NCBI GenBank assembly: GCA_947588685.1
Contig: CANPYM010000001.1
Coordinates: forward strand, 479-64,478
DNA: 64,000 nt
Reading direction: 5' to 3'
From: an uncultured Bacilli bacterium
Lineage (GTDB): Bacteria; Bacillota_I; Bacilli_A; RF39; UBA660
Both the position numbers and the translations under genes were made by a program. How positions within the stretch are numbered: position 1 is the stretch's first letter; the number at the start of each line of letters is the position of its first letter. Of this stretch, positions 17,656-27,923 are shown piece by piece. Below the pieces are notes generated by a model that was not told the DNA's origin, did no database searches, and was given only the letters and a program-made list of their open reading frames with translations.

Positions 17656-20024
17656 TTACTACGAAGAGTGGCCCCCATCTTCGTTTCAACTTCTTTAATG
17701 ATTTTATCAAAAGCGATGGTTACTTCTTCATCGTTTAATGTTCTAGTTGGATCAGAGAATGTTAAACCAAAGGCGATGGATTTTTCATTTTCACCAACAT
17801 TTTCACCGACATAGACATCAAAAACACTAATGTCAGTAAGAAGACGGCCACCCGCTCTTCTAATAGTATTAATAATACTATTTGCTTCAACATCTTTTTT
17901 AACTACAAACGCTAAATCTTTCTTTACCTCAGGATATTTAGAAGCTTCTTTATACTTAATTGGTTTAATCTTCTTTTCATATAGTTTACTCATTGATATT
18001 TCCGCGACATAGACTTCATCTTTTTTATAACTTGGATGAACTCTTCCAATAATACCAATTGATTCCCGGTCTAAAGTAATAGTCGCACTCATACCCGGAT
18101 GAAGTTCTGGTATTACTTCTTTAACAAAATCATAACGATTTTTAAATCCTAGATAATCTAGCATATTACTTATGATACCTTTTAAGACATAAAAGTCGGC
18201 TTTAACTGATGTCATTTGCCAGTTATTAGATAGGTAATTACCTTTCATTAAAATGGCAACTTTACTGTCTTCAGCGTAAGCGGCATCATAAGTTTTAGCG
18301 ATTTCATAGATCATCACATCATCAACGTGACGAGCTTTATTATATTCATAAACATTAATAAGCGATGGAATAAGACTTGTTCTTATAATAGCTTTATCCA
18401 AACTCATTGGATTTGGTAAAACAATTTGACTCTTATCCTCATACTTAAAAGTATCAGCCATTTCTTTACTAATCAAGGTATAGTTTTTGGTCTCATTCAA
18501 GCCTAAAGAGCGAAGACGCGAAGATATTTGCTTACGAATTAGAACATCGCCAACATAAACCCCTCTTCTAATTGGTACAGCTGGTAAGGTTGAAACAAGA
18601 TTATGATATCCATATAACCTTCCAATTTCTTCAGCAATATCATTAATATTAGAATCAATATCTAATCTTCTTCGTGGGATTGTTACCGTGAATATCCCCT
18701 TATTTTCTTTATATTCAAAATCAAGGCGACCTAACTCCGTTTTAACATCATCATCAGTTAGGGTAATACCTAACAAACGATTGATATCATTGGTCTTAAA
18801 GCTAACGGTTTTAACCTGTTTATCAGCATTATCATATAAAGTCATACCACTTAAGATTTTCGCATCAGCATATTTTTGAAGAAGATGACAAGCCCGGTTA
18901 AGAGCTTTTAAGGTATACTCATAATTTAATCCTTTACCATAGCGAATTGATGCTTCACTTTTTAGATTAAGTCTTGATGCCGTCTCTCTAATATGAACAG
19001 CATCAAAAATAGCACTTTCAATTAAAATGTCTTTGGTTGTTTCATCAACATCGGTATTCTCACCGCCCATAACGCCAGCGATACATACCGGTTTATCACC
19101 ATCAGTAATGACGATATCATCACTTGTTAAGACTCTTTTGTTACCATCTAAAGTAATGATTTCTTCCTCTTCTTTAGCGTTACGAACTAAAATGTTATCG
19201 CCTAATTTATTTTTATCAAAGAAATGAAGAGGTTGACCATACTCTAACATAACGTAGTTAGAAATATCAACAACATTGTTAATCGGACGCATACCAGCGG
19301 CAATTAAACGTTTCTTGATAAACTCTGGTGATTCTTTAATAACGACATCTTTGACCATTTTAGCGGAATAAAAAGAACAATTTGGTGTATCAACCGTTAG
19401 TTTAATATGCTTATTAACGTCATCCTTAATCTCATCATAATCATCATCTGGTAAGGTTACTTTCTTATTTAAAATACAAGCGACTTCATAAGCAAAACCG
19501 ATATGATAATAACAATCATTATTACGATGTTTATGAACATCCAATTCATAGATGGTATCATCGGTTCCAAGATAGATGTTTGCATCTGTTCCGGGAGGAA
19601 GATCAGTCTCAAGTTCAGTAATACCTTTAGCATAAGTTTCATCGGTTTTTTCTTCTAAACCAAGTTCAAACAAAGCACAAATCATTCCATTTGATTCTTG
19701 ACCACGAATCTTACCAGCTTTAATTTCCCCACCTGGTAAAACAGCACCTGGTAAGGCTACAATAACTTTTAAACCGGCCCGAACATTGGGAGCGCCACAA
19801 ACGATTTGAACAACATCTGTTCCAATATTAACTTTACATAAGTTTAAATGATCACTATCAGGATGAGGTACACATTCACTAACATAGCCAATAACTAAGT
19901 TATCGATATGACTTTGTTTAACTGCTTCAACGTTAACGCCAGCTTTGGTTACTTTAACAGCTAACTCTTTTAAATCTTCACCCTCAAGATCAACATAATC
20001 TTTAACCCAATTTAAACTAATCAT
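17652..20024 (-). CDS. pheT: phenylalanine--tRNA ligase beta subunit
   Basis: About 790 aa. N-terminal tRNA-binding domain (MISLNWVKDYV), B3/4 and B5 regions, C-terminal FDX-ACB. The ATG at 20024 overlaps the pheS stop (ATGATTAG). Confidence 0.93.
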   Translation of the reverse strand: MISLNWVKDYVDLEGEDLKELAVKVTKAGVNVEAVKQSHIDNLVIGYVSECVPHPDSDHLNLCKVNIGTDVVQIVCGAPNVRAGLKVIVALPGAVLPGGEIKAGKIRGQESNGMICALFELGLEEKTDETYAKGITELETDLPPGTDANIYLGTDDTIYELDVHKHRNNDCYYHIGFAYEVACILNKKVTLPDDDYDEIKDDVNKHIKLTVDTPNCSFYSAKMVKDVVIKESPEFIKKRLIAAGMRPINNVVDISNYVMLEYGQPLHFFDKNKLGDNILVRNAKEEEEIITLDGNKRVLTSDDIVITDGDKPVCIAGVMGGENTDVDETTKDILIESAIFDAVHIRETASRLNLKSEASIRYGKGLNYEYTLKALNRACHLLQKYADAKILSGMTLYDNADKQVKTVSFKTNDINRLLGITLTDDDVKTELGRLDFEYKENKGIFTVTIPRRRLDIDSNINDIAEEIGRLYGYHNLVSTLPAVPIRRGVYVGDVLIRKQISSRLRSLGLNETKNYTLISKEMADTFKYEDKSQIVLPNPMSLDKAIIRTSLIPSLINVYEYNKARHVDDVMIYEIAKTYDAAYAEDSKVAILMKGNYLSNNWQMTSVKADFYVLKGIISNMLDYLGFKNRYDFVKEVIPELHPGMSATITLDRESIGIIGRVHPSYKKDEVYVAEISMSKLYEKKIKPIKYKEASKYPEVKKDLAFVVKKDVEANSIINTIRRAGGRLLTDISVFDVYVGENVGENEKSIAFGLTFSDPTRTLNDEEVTIAFDKIIKEVETKMGATLRSK

Positions 20025-21066
20025 TATTATCATCCCTTCTATCAAAGGTGTGTGTTTCTCTTAAATCTGTCTGATAAAATGTCCGAATATCATCGATACC
20101 GTACTTTAACATTGCTAATCTTTCAGCGCCAAAGCCGAAGGCAAAACCTGTCCATACTTCAGGGTCATAACCACAATTACGTAAAACGTTAGGGTGAACC
20201 ATACCAGCACCACTTACCGTAATCCACCCGGTATTTTTACATAATGCACAACCACTGCCTTTACAAGCAAAGCATGAAATATCTGTTTCAACGGAAGGTT
20301 CCGTAAATTGATAATAACTTGGACGGAAACGCGTCTCGCAGTCTTCACCAAATAAGTGTTTAGCAATAACATCAAAAGTACCTTTTAAATCAGATAAACT
20401 GATATTTTTATCAACTAATAAGCCTTCAATTTGCATAAATTGATGGGAATGGGTTGCGTCATCGGCATCACGGCGATAAGTCTTACCAGGACAAATCATT
20501 CTAATAGGCTTATCCCCACCAGCCGCTAACATTGTCCGCGCTTGAACGGGTGAAGTTTGACTTCTAAGTAAAATAGTATCATCTTCAATATAAAAAGTAT
20601 CTTGGGCATCACGAGCAGGATGGCCTTTAGGAATATTTAAAAGTTCAAAATTGTAGTGATCCTCTTCTACTTCTGGTCCATCAACAACATCATAGCCCAT
20701 TGACATAAAGACATCTTCGACATCTTCAACAACTTTCTCTAAAATATTAGGAGCTCCAACACTAATACTTGTCGCTGGTAACGTTACATCGATATCTTCA
20801 CTTTTTAATTTTTCATTTAAAACGCGTTCATCGATTTCCTTTTTCTTTTCATCAATTAAAGCCGTAGCTTCTTCTTTAACTTGATTTAATTTAGCGCCAA
20901 AGTCTTTTCTTTCTTCCGGTTTTAAAGAGCCAATTTGACTTGATAAAGCACTAATACTACCCTTTTTACCTAAATAAGTAACCCGTAAATTATTTAGTTC
21001 TATCTCATCATTTACCTTTTTAATTTCTTCTTTTAACTTCTCTAAGATATTATCTAAGTCTTGCAT
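20017..21066 (-). CDS. pheS: phenylalanine--tRNA ligase alpha subunit
   Basis: 349 aa. Class II core (FRPSYYQFTEPS, GAGMVHPNVL, FAFGFGAERLAML). Confidence 0.94.
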   Translation of the reverse strand: MQDLDNILEKLKEEIKKVNDEIELNNLRVTYLGKKGSISALSSQIGSLKPEERKDFGAKLNQVKEEATALIDEKKKEIDERVLNEKLKSEDIDVTLPATSISVGAPNILEKVVEDVEDVFMSMGYDVVDGPEVEEDHYNFELLNIPKGHPARDAQDTFYIEDDTILLRSQTSPVQARTMLAAGGDKPIRMICPGKTYRRDADDATHSHQFMQIEGLLVDKNISLSDLKGTFDVIAKHLFGEDCETRFRPSYYQFTEPSVETDISCFACKGSGCALCKNTGWITVSGAGMVHPNVLRNCGYDPEVWTGFAFGFGAERLAMLKYGIDDIRTFYQTDLRETHTFDRRDDNND

Positions 21067-21082
21067 TTTATCCCTCCTAACA

Positions 21083-21297
21083 AAAAAAGTATTATGGTAT
21101 AGGGACGCCCGAGCGTGGTACCACCCTATTTCATAATACGATTATGCACTCTATGACTATAACGCGTCACCGTTATAAATTTTCTTTTATAACGCTAGAA
21201 AGTGAATTCACTAAGATTAACTGTTAATTTCCACCAACCATTAACTCTCTTTTAGTTAATTACTTACCTACTACTCTTTCATCTTGGCTTTCAAAAC
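21083..21297 (-). promoter_or_regulatory. T-box riboswitch leader, Phe specifier
   Basis: Minus strand T-box core AGGGTGGTACCACGCTC (21127-21111), followed by a T7 terminator tract. Stem I carries the AGAGA motif and distal GGTTGGTGGAAA loop. The specifier context GAA-TTC-A puts the TTC codon at 21206-21204. Confidence 0.85.
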
Positions 21298-21303
21298 AAA
21301 CAC

Positions 21304-21332
21304 ATTGTAACATATTTACGTTAAAATGTAAA
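21304..21332 (-). promoter_or_regulatory. sigma-A type promoter of the pheST leader
   Basis: Minus strand TTTACA (21332-21327), 17-nt spacer, TACAAT (21309-21304). Confidence 0.6.
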
Positions 21333-21338
21333 TAATCA

Positions 21339-21863
21339 TTATTTAATTTCGCTAAAATATAAATTAGCTTCCCGTTCATGTTTAAACGTTGTCGTCATAC
21401 CGTGACCAGGATAAATAGTTACATCTCCGGGAATAAAGCTTACTTTCTTTAAACTTTCCAGCATCTCACTTAAGTTACCGGTTTCAAGATCGGTTCTACC
21501 AATGGACTCATAAAAGATAAAATCACCACCAAAGAAAGCTTTATCTTTCTTAAAGTAAAGACTAATCGCATCACTTTTATGACCCGGTGTGTAAAGGACA
21601 TCAAAAGTAAACTTACCTAAAGTTACTTCTTCCTCTTTCAAATTATGATAGTCATATATTTGTTCTTCAGAAAAAAGGAAAAGCACTCCTACGTGATCAA
21701 AATGGTGATGGGTAACAATAACGCCATCGATAATTTTATCTTTGATAGCTTCTTTTATTTTAGGAGCATCATCACCAGGATCAATAATTAAAAGATGATT
21801 ATCAATACTAAGAAGGTAACAATTCGTCTCTAATGGTCCAACAACAAGAGTTTCTATCTTCAT
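21339..21863 (-). CDS. MBL-fold metallo-hydrolase
   Basis: 174 aa. THHHFDHVG metal-binding motif, later TPGH. ATG at 21863 follows a GGAAGTGA SD. Confidence 0.85.
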   Translation of the reverse strand: MKIETLVVGPLETNCYLLSIDNHLLIIDPGDDAPKIKEAIKDKIIDGVIVTHHHFDHVGVLFLFSEEQIYDYHNLKEEEVTLGKFTFDVLYTPGHKSDAISLYFKKDKAFFGGDFIFYESIGRTDLETGNLSEMLESLKKVSFIPGDVTIYPGHGMTTTFKHEREANLYFSEIK

Positions 21864-21867
21864 CAAA

Positions 21868-22797
21868 TCACTTCCTAATCATATCAATTAAATAATCAAT
21901 AAGGTGTTCATTAAATCCTAAAGGAATAGGCGCACCCGCTGCGTGAATGTGTCCTTTACCATTAAATAAACTAGCAAAGGCATTAACATCAGCCTTATCA
22001 TCCAAACTACGAAAACTTAAGCTACGATTTAAATTGATAACGGCAATTAAATCAACCTCATTTTTATAATAATTAGCAAGTGTATTACCAACCTCACTCC
22101 GGTATTGTTCAGCAAAGACAAATCCCACTTTATAGCCTTGAACATCTCTAATAATAACTTTATCTTTTAAGTTTTCAATATATTCATCTTTACGCCGTTC
22201 GTCAATTTCTAAAATCGTCTTTTCGGTCTCATCAAAATAGAAAGTATCACTTTCTCTTAAAAAACTAGTATATTTAGAAATAAACTTTAATATGCCATAA
22301 TTAGCAAGTAAAGCTCCTAAGTTTCTCGACTCTAAAAAAAGAGGACTAGAGGTATCCCAAGTATCACCCACTCTTACAAGTTCAACCATATCTTTGACAC
22401 ATTTTTTCCTAATAATAGCATTATCATAGTTTGTTAAAAGATAATTATAATAAATCGTTGTCCCACTTTCTCTTTTGCCATTTTGTTCCAATATAACTTT
22501 AGCAAACGGATAAGCATTTAATTCTAATGCCCCTTCATGGTGATCAAAAAGGTGGATTTTATCTTTAAGGGGACTATTTTTAATCATATCAGCTACGCTC
22601 ACGCTAAAACTTAAATCGGTAATGATAATCTCATCATACTGACTAAATGTATCATTTTGCATTGACTCTTTCATATAATCATCAACATCTTTAGCTTCTA
22701 ATAATTTATAGTCATAATCACCAAAAACTAAATCCGTTAGAATAACTGGCATAATACCATCTGGATCAGCGATATGGGAAATTAGTAATCTCTTCAT
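21868..22797 (-). CDS. DHH/DHHA1-family phosphoesterase (NrnB-like)
   Basis: 309 aa. SHIADPDG, FDHHEG (DHH motif), C-terminal GKGHIHAAG (DHHA1 GGGH-like motif). Confidence 0.75.
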   Translation of the reverse strand: MKRLLISHIADPDGIMPVILTDLVFGDYDYKLLEAKDVDDYMKESMQNDTFSQYDEIIITDLSFSVSVADMIKNSPLKDKIHLFDHHEGALELNAYPFAKVILEQNGKRESGTTIYYNYLLTNYDNAIIRKKCVKDMVELVRVGDTWDTSSPLFLESRNLGALLANYGILKFISKYTSFLRESDTFYFDETEKTILEIDERRKDEYIENLKDKVIIRDVQGYKVGFVFAEQYRSEVGNTLANYYKNEVDLIAVINLNRSLSFRSLDDKADVNAFASLFNGKGHIHAAGAPIPLGFNEHLIDYLIDMIRK

Positions 22798-22798
22798 T

Positions 22799-23422
22799 TT
22801 AATCTTCCTTTTCTAAAACTTCTTTAACAGGTCCATAAGTCTTACGATAGCCATCAATTAAGCCATATTTATGAATAGCTTCAATATGGGCTTTCGTAGG
22901 ATAACCCTTATGTTTAGCATAACCATACATCGGATATTTTTGATCTAGTTCATACATCATCCTATCTCTTGTTACTTTAGCAACGACACTAGCAGCTGCA
23001 ATACTAATACTTTTAGCGTCACCCTTAATAATTGAGGTTGTTGGTATATCAAGATTAAGAGGCATCGCATCAATTAAAATATGATCGATGGGTACTTGTT
23101 TTCTTACTTCTTCAATCGCTCTTAACATCGCTATTTTTGTAGCCTCATATATATTATACTTATCGATTTCTTCAGCTGTACATTCACCAATTCCATAAGC
23201 AACACAGTTATTGATGATATAATCATAAAACTTATCCCGTTTTTTCTCACTTAATTTTTTAGAATCGGTTAGACCATCTAAAACAAAATCGGAAGGTAAA
23301 ATAACGCAAGCGGTAATAACAGAACCAACTAAAGGGCCCCTTCCTACTTCATCAACACCAGCGATATATTTTAATCCTTTAGCGTATAATTCTTTTTCAT
23401 ATTGCCATAAATCTACTTCCAT
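22799..23422 (-). CDS. rnhB: ribonuclease HII
   Basis: 207 aa. AGVDEVGRGPLVGSV catalytic DE motif, DSKKLS, and the AASVVAK region. Confidence 0.92.
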   Translation of the reverse strand: MEVDLWQYEKELYAKGLKYIAGVDEVGRGPLVGSVITACVILPSDFVLDGLTDSKKLSEKKRDKFYDYIINNCVAYGIGECTAEEIDKYNIYEATKIAMLRAIEEVRKQVPIDHILIDAMPLNLDIPTTSIIKGDAKSISIAAASVVAKVTRDRMMYELDQKYPMYGYAKHKGYPTKAHIEAIHKYGLIDGYRKTYGPVKEVLEKED

Positions 23423-24165
23423 AAGCCACCTCGAATAAATATAAAACGATTTCTCCCTTGCATATCTTTTGCAATTTGAACATCAACGTCTCCTAAATAT
23501 TGATGCGCTAAAGATGTAATATCTTCACCTAAACTATCCCCTATTTCAAAAGCAATTAAATACTTATCTTTGATATTTTTATGACACGTTTTTAAAATTA
23601 AATCATAAAAATATAAACCATTATTAGGAGCATATAAAGCTAGATGTGGTTCATTATTTTTAACAACATCCATAATTTCTTCATCGATAGCAATATACGG
23701 AGGATTACTAATAATAACATCAAACTTACCCGTAACCGCATCTAACATATCGCTTTTAATAAAATTAATTTTCGCATCATTATCTTTAGCGTTTACTTTA
23801 GCCAAAGCTAGAGCATCACTTGATATATCAACCGCTGTAACATTTAAGTCCGGACGTTCCTTTTTTAAGGCAATAGCAATACAACCGCTACCAGTACCAA
23901 GATCGATAACATCCTTCATATCTGTATCTTTTAGGTATTTAAGCGTTTTTTCAACTAACTCTTCGGTTTCAAAACGAGGAATTAAAACACGAGGGTCAAC
24001 TTTAATCTGATAACCATAAAAAGAGACATCTCCAACAATATATTGGATAGGTTCGCCCTTATTTAATCTTTCTAAAGCCTCTTCATAATCATCTGTTTTT
24101 AAATAACGCTTTAAATATGCTTCATTATATTTTTTTAATTCATCATCACTATAATTAATACTCAT
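23413..24165 (-). CDS. prmC: release factor glutamine N5-methyltransferase
   Basis: 250 aa. SAM motif DLGTGSGCIA, catalytic NPPY (SNPPYI). Located directly downstream of prfA, as in most bacteria. Confidence 0.9.
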   Translation of the reverse strand: MSINYSDDELKKYNEAYLKRYLKTDDYEEALERLNKGEPIQYIVGDVSFYGYQIKVDPRVLIPRFETEELVEKTLKYLKDTDMKDVIDLGTGSGCIAIALKKERPDLNVTAVDISSDALALAKVNAKDNDAKINFIKSDMLDAVTGKFDVIISNPPYIAIDEEIMDVVKNNEPHLALYAPNNGLYFYDLILKTCHKNIKDKYLIAFEIGDSLGEDITSLAHQYLGDVDVQIAKDMQGRNRFIFIRGGLWK

Positions 24166-24184
24166 AATTACTAAAGAAAGGAGA

Positions 24185-25240
24185 TTATTCTCCTTTTAAC
24201 TTTCTAGCTTGATCTTCTGTAATCAAGGCTTCAATAATATCATCTAAATCGCCATCCATAACCCGGCCTAGTTGCATTGTTGAATATCCAATGCGGTGAT
24301 CAGTTACTCGGTTTTGGGGATAGTTATAAGTTCTAATTTTTTCCGAACGATCACCGGTTCCAATTTTACTCCGACGTTCTTTACCTAGTTCTTCATCTTG
24401 TCTTTCTAATTCCGCTTCATATAATCGAGCCTTTAAAACTTGCATAGCTTCCGCTTTGTTTTGAATTTGACTACGTTGATTTTGACAAGTAACGACGGTG
24501 TTCGTTGGTAAGTGGGTAATTCTAACGGCTGATGGCGTGGTATTGACACCTTGACCACCATGACCAGAAGCACAATAGACATCGATTCTTAAATCACTAT
24601 CTTTAATCTCGATATCAATATCTTCTACTTCCGGCATAACTAAAACGGTTGCCGTTGAAGTTTGAATACGGCCTTGGGATTCGGTTGCGGGAACCCGTTG
24701 AACACGATGAGAACCACTTTCATATTTCATTTTTGAATAGACATTATCGCCTTTTATCCGAAACTCAACTTGCGAATATCCGCCAGCTGTACCTTCTTCA
24801 GCATTAATCTCTTCAACTTTCCAGCCTTGCTTTTCAGCATAATAACAATACATCCGATATAAGTCACCAGCAAAGATATTAGCTTCATCCCCACCGGCTG
24901 CGCCTCTTATTTCAACAATGACATCTTTACCATCATTAGGGTCTTTTGGTAAAAGTAAAATCTCTAAATTAGCTTCTAATTCTTCTTTTCTTTGGATAGA
25001 TGCATCATATTCTTCTTTAGCTAACTCCCCTAGTTCTGGGTCTTTAAGCATTTCTTTAGCGTCATCAATTGAAGCCAAAACTTTTTTATATTCTAAATAA
25101 GCATCATAAGCTTCTTTTAGGGAAGCTTGTTCTTTATTTAAAGCGGTTATTTTTTTAATATCAGCGCATACTTCAGGACGCATAAGTTCATCTTGTAATT
25201 CTAAGTAGCGTTTTTCAATCGCTTGTAACCTTTCAATCAT
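24185..25240 (-). CDS. prfA: peptide chain release factor 1
   Basis: GGQ motif ([11 protein letters not shown]), RF1-type PxT tripeptide region (RVPATES), ATG at 25240 after an AGGTGA SD. The ORF-track GTG at 25249 lies inside the SD. Confidence 0.94.
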   Translation of the reverse strand: MIERLQAIEKRYLELQDELMRPEVCADIKKITALNKEQASLKEAYDAYLEYKKVLASIDDAKEMLKDPELGELAKEEYDASIQRKEELEANLEILLLPKDPNDGKDVIVEIRGAAGGDEANIFAGDLYRMYCYYAEKQGWKVEEINAEEGTAGGYSQVEFRIKGDNVYSKMKYESGSHRVQRVPATESQGRIQTSTATVLVMPEVEDIDIEIKDSDLRIDVYCASGHGGQGVNTTPSAVRITHLPTNTVVTCQNQRSQIQNKAEAMQVLKARLYEAELERQDEELGKERRSKIGTGDRSEKIRTYNYPQNRVTDHRIGYSTMQLGRVMDGDLDDIIEALITEDQARKLKGE

Positions 25241-25263
25241 TTTAATCACCTAACTAATCAAAA

Positions 25264-25292
25264 TTATACTATATTAACTCTTGTTTGACAAG
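25264..25292 (-). promoter_or_regulatory. sigma-A type promoter upstream of prfA
   Basis: Minus strand TTGTCA (25292-25287), 17-nt spacer, TATAAT (25269-25264). Confidence 0.6.
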
Positions 25293-25305
25293 AAAAAAGA
25301 ACTAG

Positions 25306-25746
25306 TTAATTGTCTTCTTCTAGTTCATCTTCAGTTAAGATAGCAAGATCGCCAATGTCATCTTCATCGTCATCTAAATCATCTTCATCAGATTCCATAG
25401 CGTCAAGATTTTCTTCTTCTTCCTCGCTCTCTTCTTCTTCCGTTTCTACTTCCTCAGTATCTTCATCTTCATCATCAATACTCATAACTTGGGCTTTTTG
25501 TCTGTTACGTAAATCCCATTCAGCTGTATCATCTAAGAAAATAAATCTTTTATCGGTTGTTAGTGAGGTATAAAAGTCTCCTATTTTCGAAGTATATTCA
25601 TCATCACTCATTTTAAGAAGACGACTAATCTCTTTAAAAATAGCCGCTGTATTCATCGCACCCTTTTTTTCTTTTAAAATCAATTCTGTTAAATCCGTAT
25701 AGGTTAATAGTTCTAAATCTTCCTTTTTCATTTTACTTAAACTCAT
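25306..25746 (-). CDS. rpoE: DNA-directed RNA polymerase delta subunit
   Basis: N-terminal HARE-HTH-like domain (LELLTYTDLTELILKE...FYTSLTTDKRF) and a poly-acidic C-terminal tail, typical of Firmicute RpoE. ATG at 25746 after a GGAGGG SD. Confidence 0.85.
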   Translation of the reverse strand: MSLSKMKKEDLELLTYTDLTELILKEKKGAMNTAAIFKEISRLLKMSDDEYTSKIGDFYTSLTTDKRFIFLDDTAEWDLRNRQKAQVMSIDDEDEDTEEVETEEEESEEEEENLDAMESDEDDLDDDEDDIGDLAILTEDELEEDN

Positions 25747-25769
25747 CAAAAAATCCCTCCAAATATTAA

Positions 25770-27470
25770 CTACATCGTCGTTGGTATATCAATTCCTAGT
25801 AGATATAACATATCTTTAATAATATGACTTGTCATATCTAAAATACAAAGCCAATCATTTTTCTTAACTGCATCTTCTTCATTATTTATATGATTGTTTT
25901 GGTAAAAAACATTAGTTAAAACACACACATCGTATAAATATTCAGCAATAAAGTTTGGCATGCGACTGTCAAACGCCATCTTAAAGGCGAATGGTAAGTC
26001 TAATATTTTCAACCGTAAATCACGGTCATACACATTGTAGATGACATTCGTTAAAGCATTATAATCAAAGGCATTGTCATCAATGATTTTACGAATACGT
26101 AAATATGTGTATAAGATATAAGGTCCGGTTTTACCGATAACCTCAGAAAACTTGCTGATATCAAAAATGTAATCACGTTCCCGATTGTTTTCTAAATCAG
26201 CAAATTTTAAGATAGAGTTAACAATTTTATCAATATCATCATCTGATAAATTACTACTCATTTCAGATTTAGACATCAATATTTCTTTTGCTTGATCAAA
26301 TAAGTTCTGAAGCTTTGGTGCATCGCCACTTCTTGTCTTATATGGTTTACCATCCTCACCATTAACAGTTCCATAGCCCAAATATTCTAACTTATTATAT
26401 GCGATAATATCGGCCTTGTCACAAACTCTGAAAACTTGTTCAAAGTGTAACTCTTGCCGCAAATCAACAACATATAAAATGTGATCAGGATGAAAATCTT
26501 TAACACGCTGAATAATTGTAGCAATTTCAGTAGAAGCATAAAGATAAGCACCATTACTTTTTTTAAATAGAAGTGGTGGGACCATCTTTTTATCATCGGC
26601 TTTTGTTACATCGACAACAAGAGCTCCTTCACTTTCTTCTAAAAGATGCTTAGCATTTAAAATATCCGTCGCTTCATCTAAATAAGGATAAGCATCCGAT
26701 TCGCCATACCAATAATCAAAGTGAACATCTAAATAATCATAGATACTTTTCATATCGGCTGTTGATACTTCAAGAATTTTCTGCCACCATTTATGATACT
26801 CTTCATCACCATCTTGAAGTTTCTTCGTAATCGTCGCACATTCTTCTTTAATGTCTTCATCTTCTTTACATAAAGCACTCATTTCAGGATAGATTCGGTC
26901 TAGTAAAGCGATGTTGATATCAGAAATAGCTACACCTTCTTTTTGAAGGCCATAAATAACTTCCCCTATTTGTAAGCCATAATCTCCTAAGTGGATATCA
27001 CTTATAACATTATGACCTTGATATTTAATGATTCTTTTAATAGCCTCACCGACAATAGCAGTTCGCATATGACCAACGTGAAGAGGCTTAGCCACATTAG
27101 GTCCCCCATAATCGATAACAAATGTTTCAGGATTAGAAATAGGTTTTATACCCCATTTATCATCTTTGTTCATCCGAACAAGATAAGAAGTAATAAACTT
27201 ATCACTTAAAGACATATTAATAAATCCCGGTGGGGCAAAAGAGACTTCTTTAAAGTAATCATCAAAGTTACTTAATTCATTAATAGCTTGGACAATGTCC
27301 TTACCGATAGCCACCGGATTTTGATGAAACTCTTTAGCTAATTTAAAGGCATCATCACATTGATAATCACATAAATCAGGACGATTAGATTTAATAATAT
27401 GCATTTTAGCAATGTTATAGCCTAACTTATTAGATACTTCTGTAATAAGTTTTTCTAATGTATCAATCAT
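25770..27470 (-). CDS. argS: arginine--tRNA ligase
   Basis: 566 aa. Class I HIGH-type motif (PLHVGHMR), Arg-tRNA synthetase N-terminal domain and C-terminal DALR anticodon-binding region. Confidence 0.92.
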   Translation of the reverse strand: MIDTLEKLITEVSNKLGYNIAKMHIIKSNRPDLCDYQCDDAFKLAKEFHQNPVAIGKDIVQAINELSNFDDYFKEVSFAPPGFINMSLSDKFITSYLVRMNKDDKWGIKPISNPETFVIDYGGPNVAKPLHVGHMRTAIVGEAIKRIIKYQGHNVISDIHLGDYGLQIGEVIYGLQKEGVAISDINIALLDRIYPEMSALCKEDEDIKEECATITKKLQDGDEEYHKWWQKILEVSTADMKSIYDYLDVHFDYWYGESDAYPYLDEATDILNAKHLLEESEGALVVDVTKADDKKMVPPLLFKKSNGAYLYASTEIATIIQRVKDFHPDHILYVVDLRQELHFEQVFRVCDKADIIAYNKLEYLGYGTVNGEDGKPYKTRSGDAPKLQNLFDQAKEILMSKSEMSSNLSDDDIDKIVNSILKFADLENNRERDYIFDISKFSEVIGKTGPYILYTYLRIRKIIDDNAFDYNALTNVIYNVYDRDLRLKILDLPFAFKMAFDSRMPNFIAEYLYDVCVLTNVFYQNNHINNEEDAVKKNDWLCILDMTSHIIKDMLYLLGIDIPTTM

Positions 27471-27472
27471 AT

Positions 27473-27826
27473 CTACTCCTCTATTTTTAATCTATATTCT
27501 CTTTTTTCGTCATTTAAATGATAAATTATTTCAATCTGATTAGGACTTATTAATAAAGTTTTGGTTTCTACTTCTAAATCCATCATAAGATTTTCTTTTT
27601 TAAGACGATATGTACCCATTAATTTAGTATGACCCTTAAATGGCAAAATAATTTCATATTCGTTATTTTCCCGTTTTAATGTTAACATTTCTTCATTATA
27701 TTCAATTGTTACTAAAACATCATCATCAGGATACTTAATCGTTTTGTTATTAACAATAGCTAAAGTATTCTTTTTTACTTCGCTATCCGTTGTTTTTAAA
27801 GTCGTTTCAATTCGCTTTTTAGCCAT
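27473..27826 (-). CDS. DUF1934 (YwiB-like) beta-barrel protein
   Basis: 117 aa, immediately upstream of argS as ywiB is in Bacillus. ATG at 27826 after a GGGAG SD. Confidence 0.65.
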   Translation of the reverse strand: MAKKRIETTLKTTDSEVKKNTLAIVNNKTIKYPDDDVLVTIEYNEEMLTLKRENNEYEIILPFKGHTKLMGTYRLKKENLMMDLEVETKTLLISPNQIEIIYHLNDEKREYRLKIEE

Positions 27827-27923
27827 AATATCAACTCCCAAACATTATAGCATACTTTTATATAAATTGTAACTTATATTTTCTATTTTTTTTCGAATAA
27901 TAAAAGTAGAATAGAGTGATGTT

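Noticed and set aside
25310-25573. Plus-strand 87-aa poly-Ser ORF; similar antisense ORFs occur at 12125-12592, 6355-6648, 31703-32020 and 45918-46157
   Set aside because: These are antisense readings of acidic (GAA/GAT-rich) or hydrophobic coding regions of well-supported minus-strand genes.
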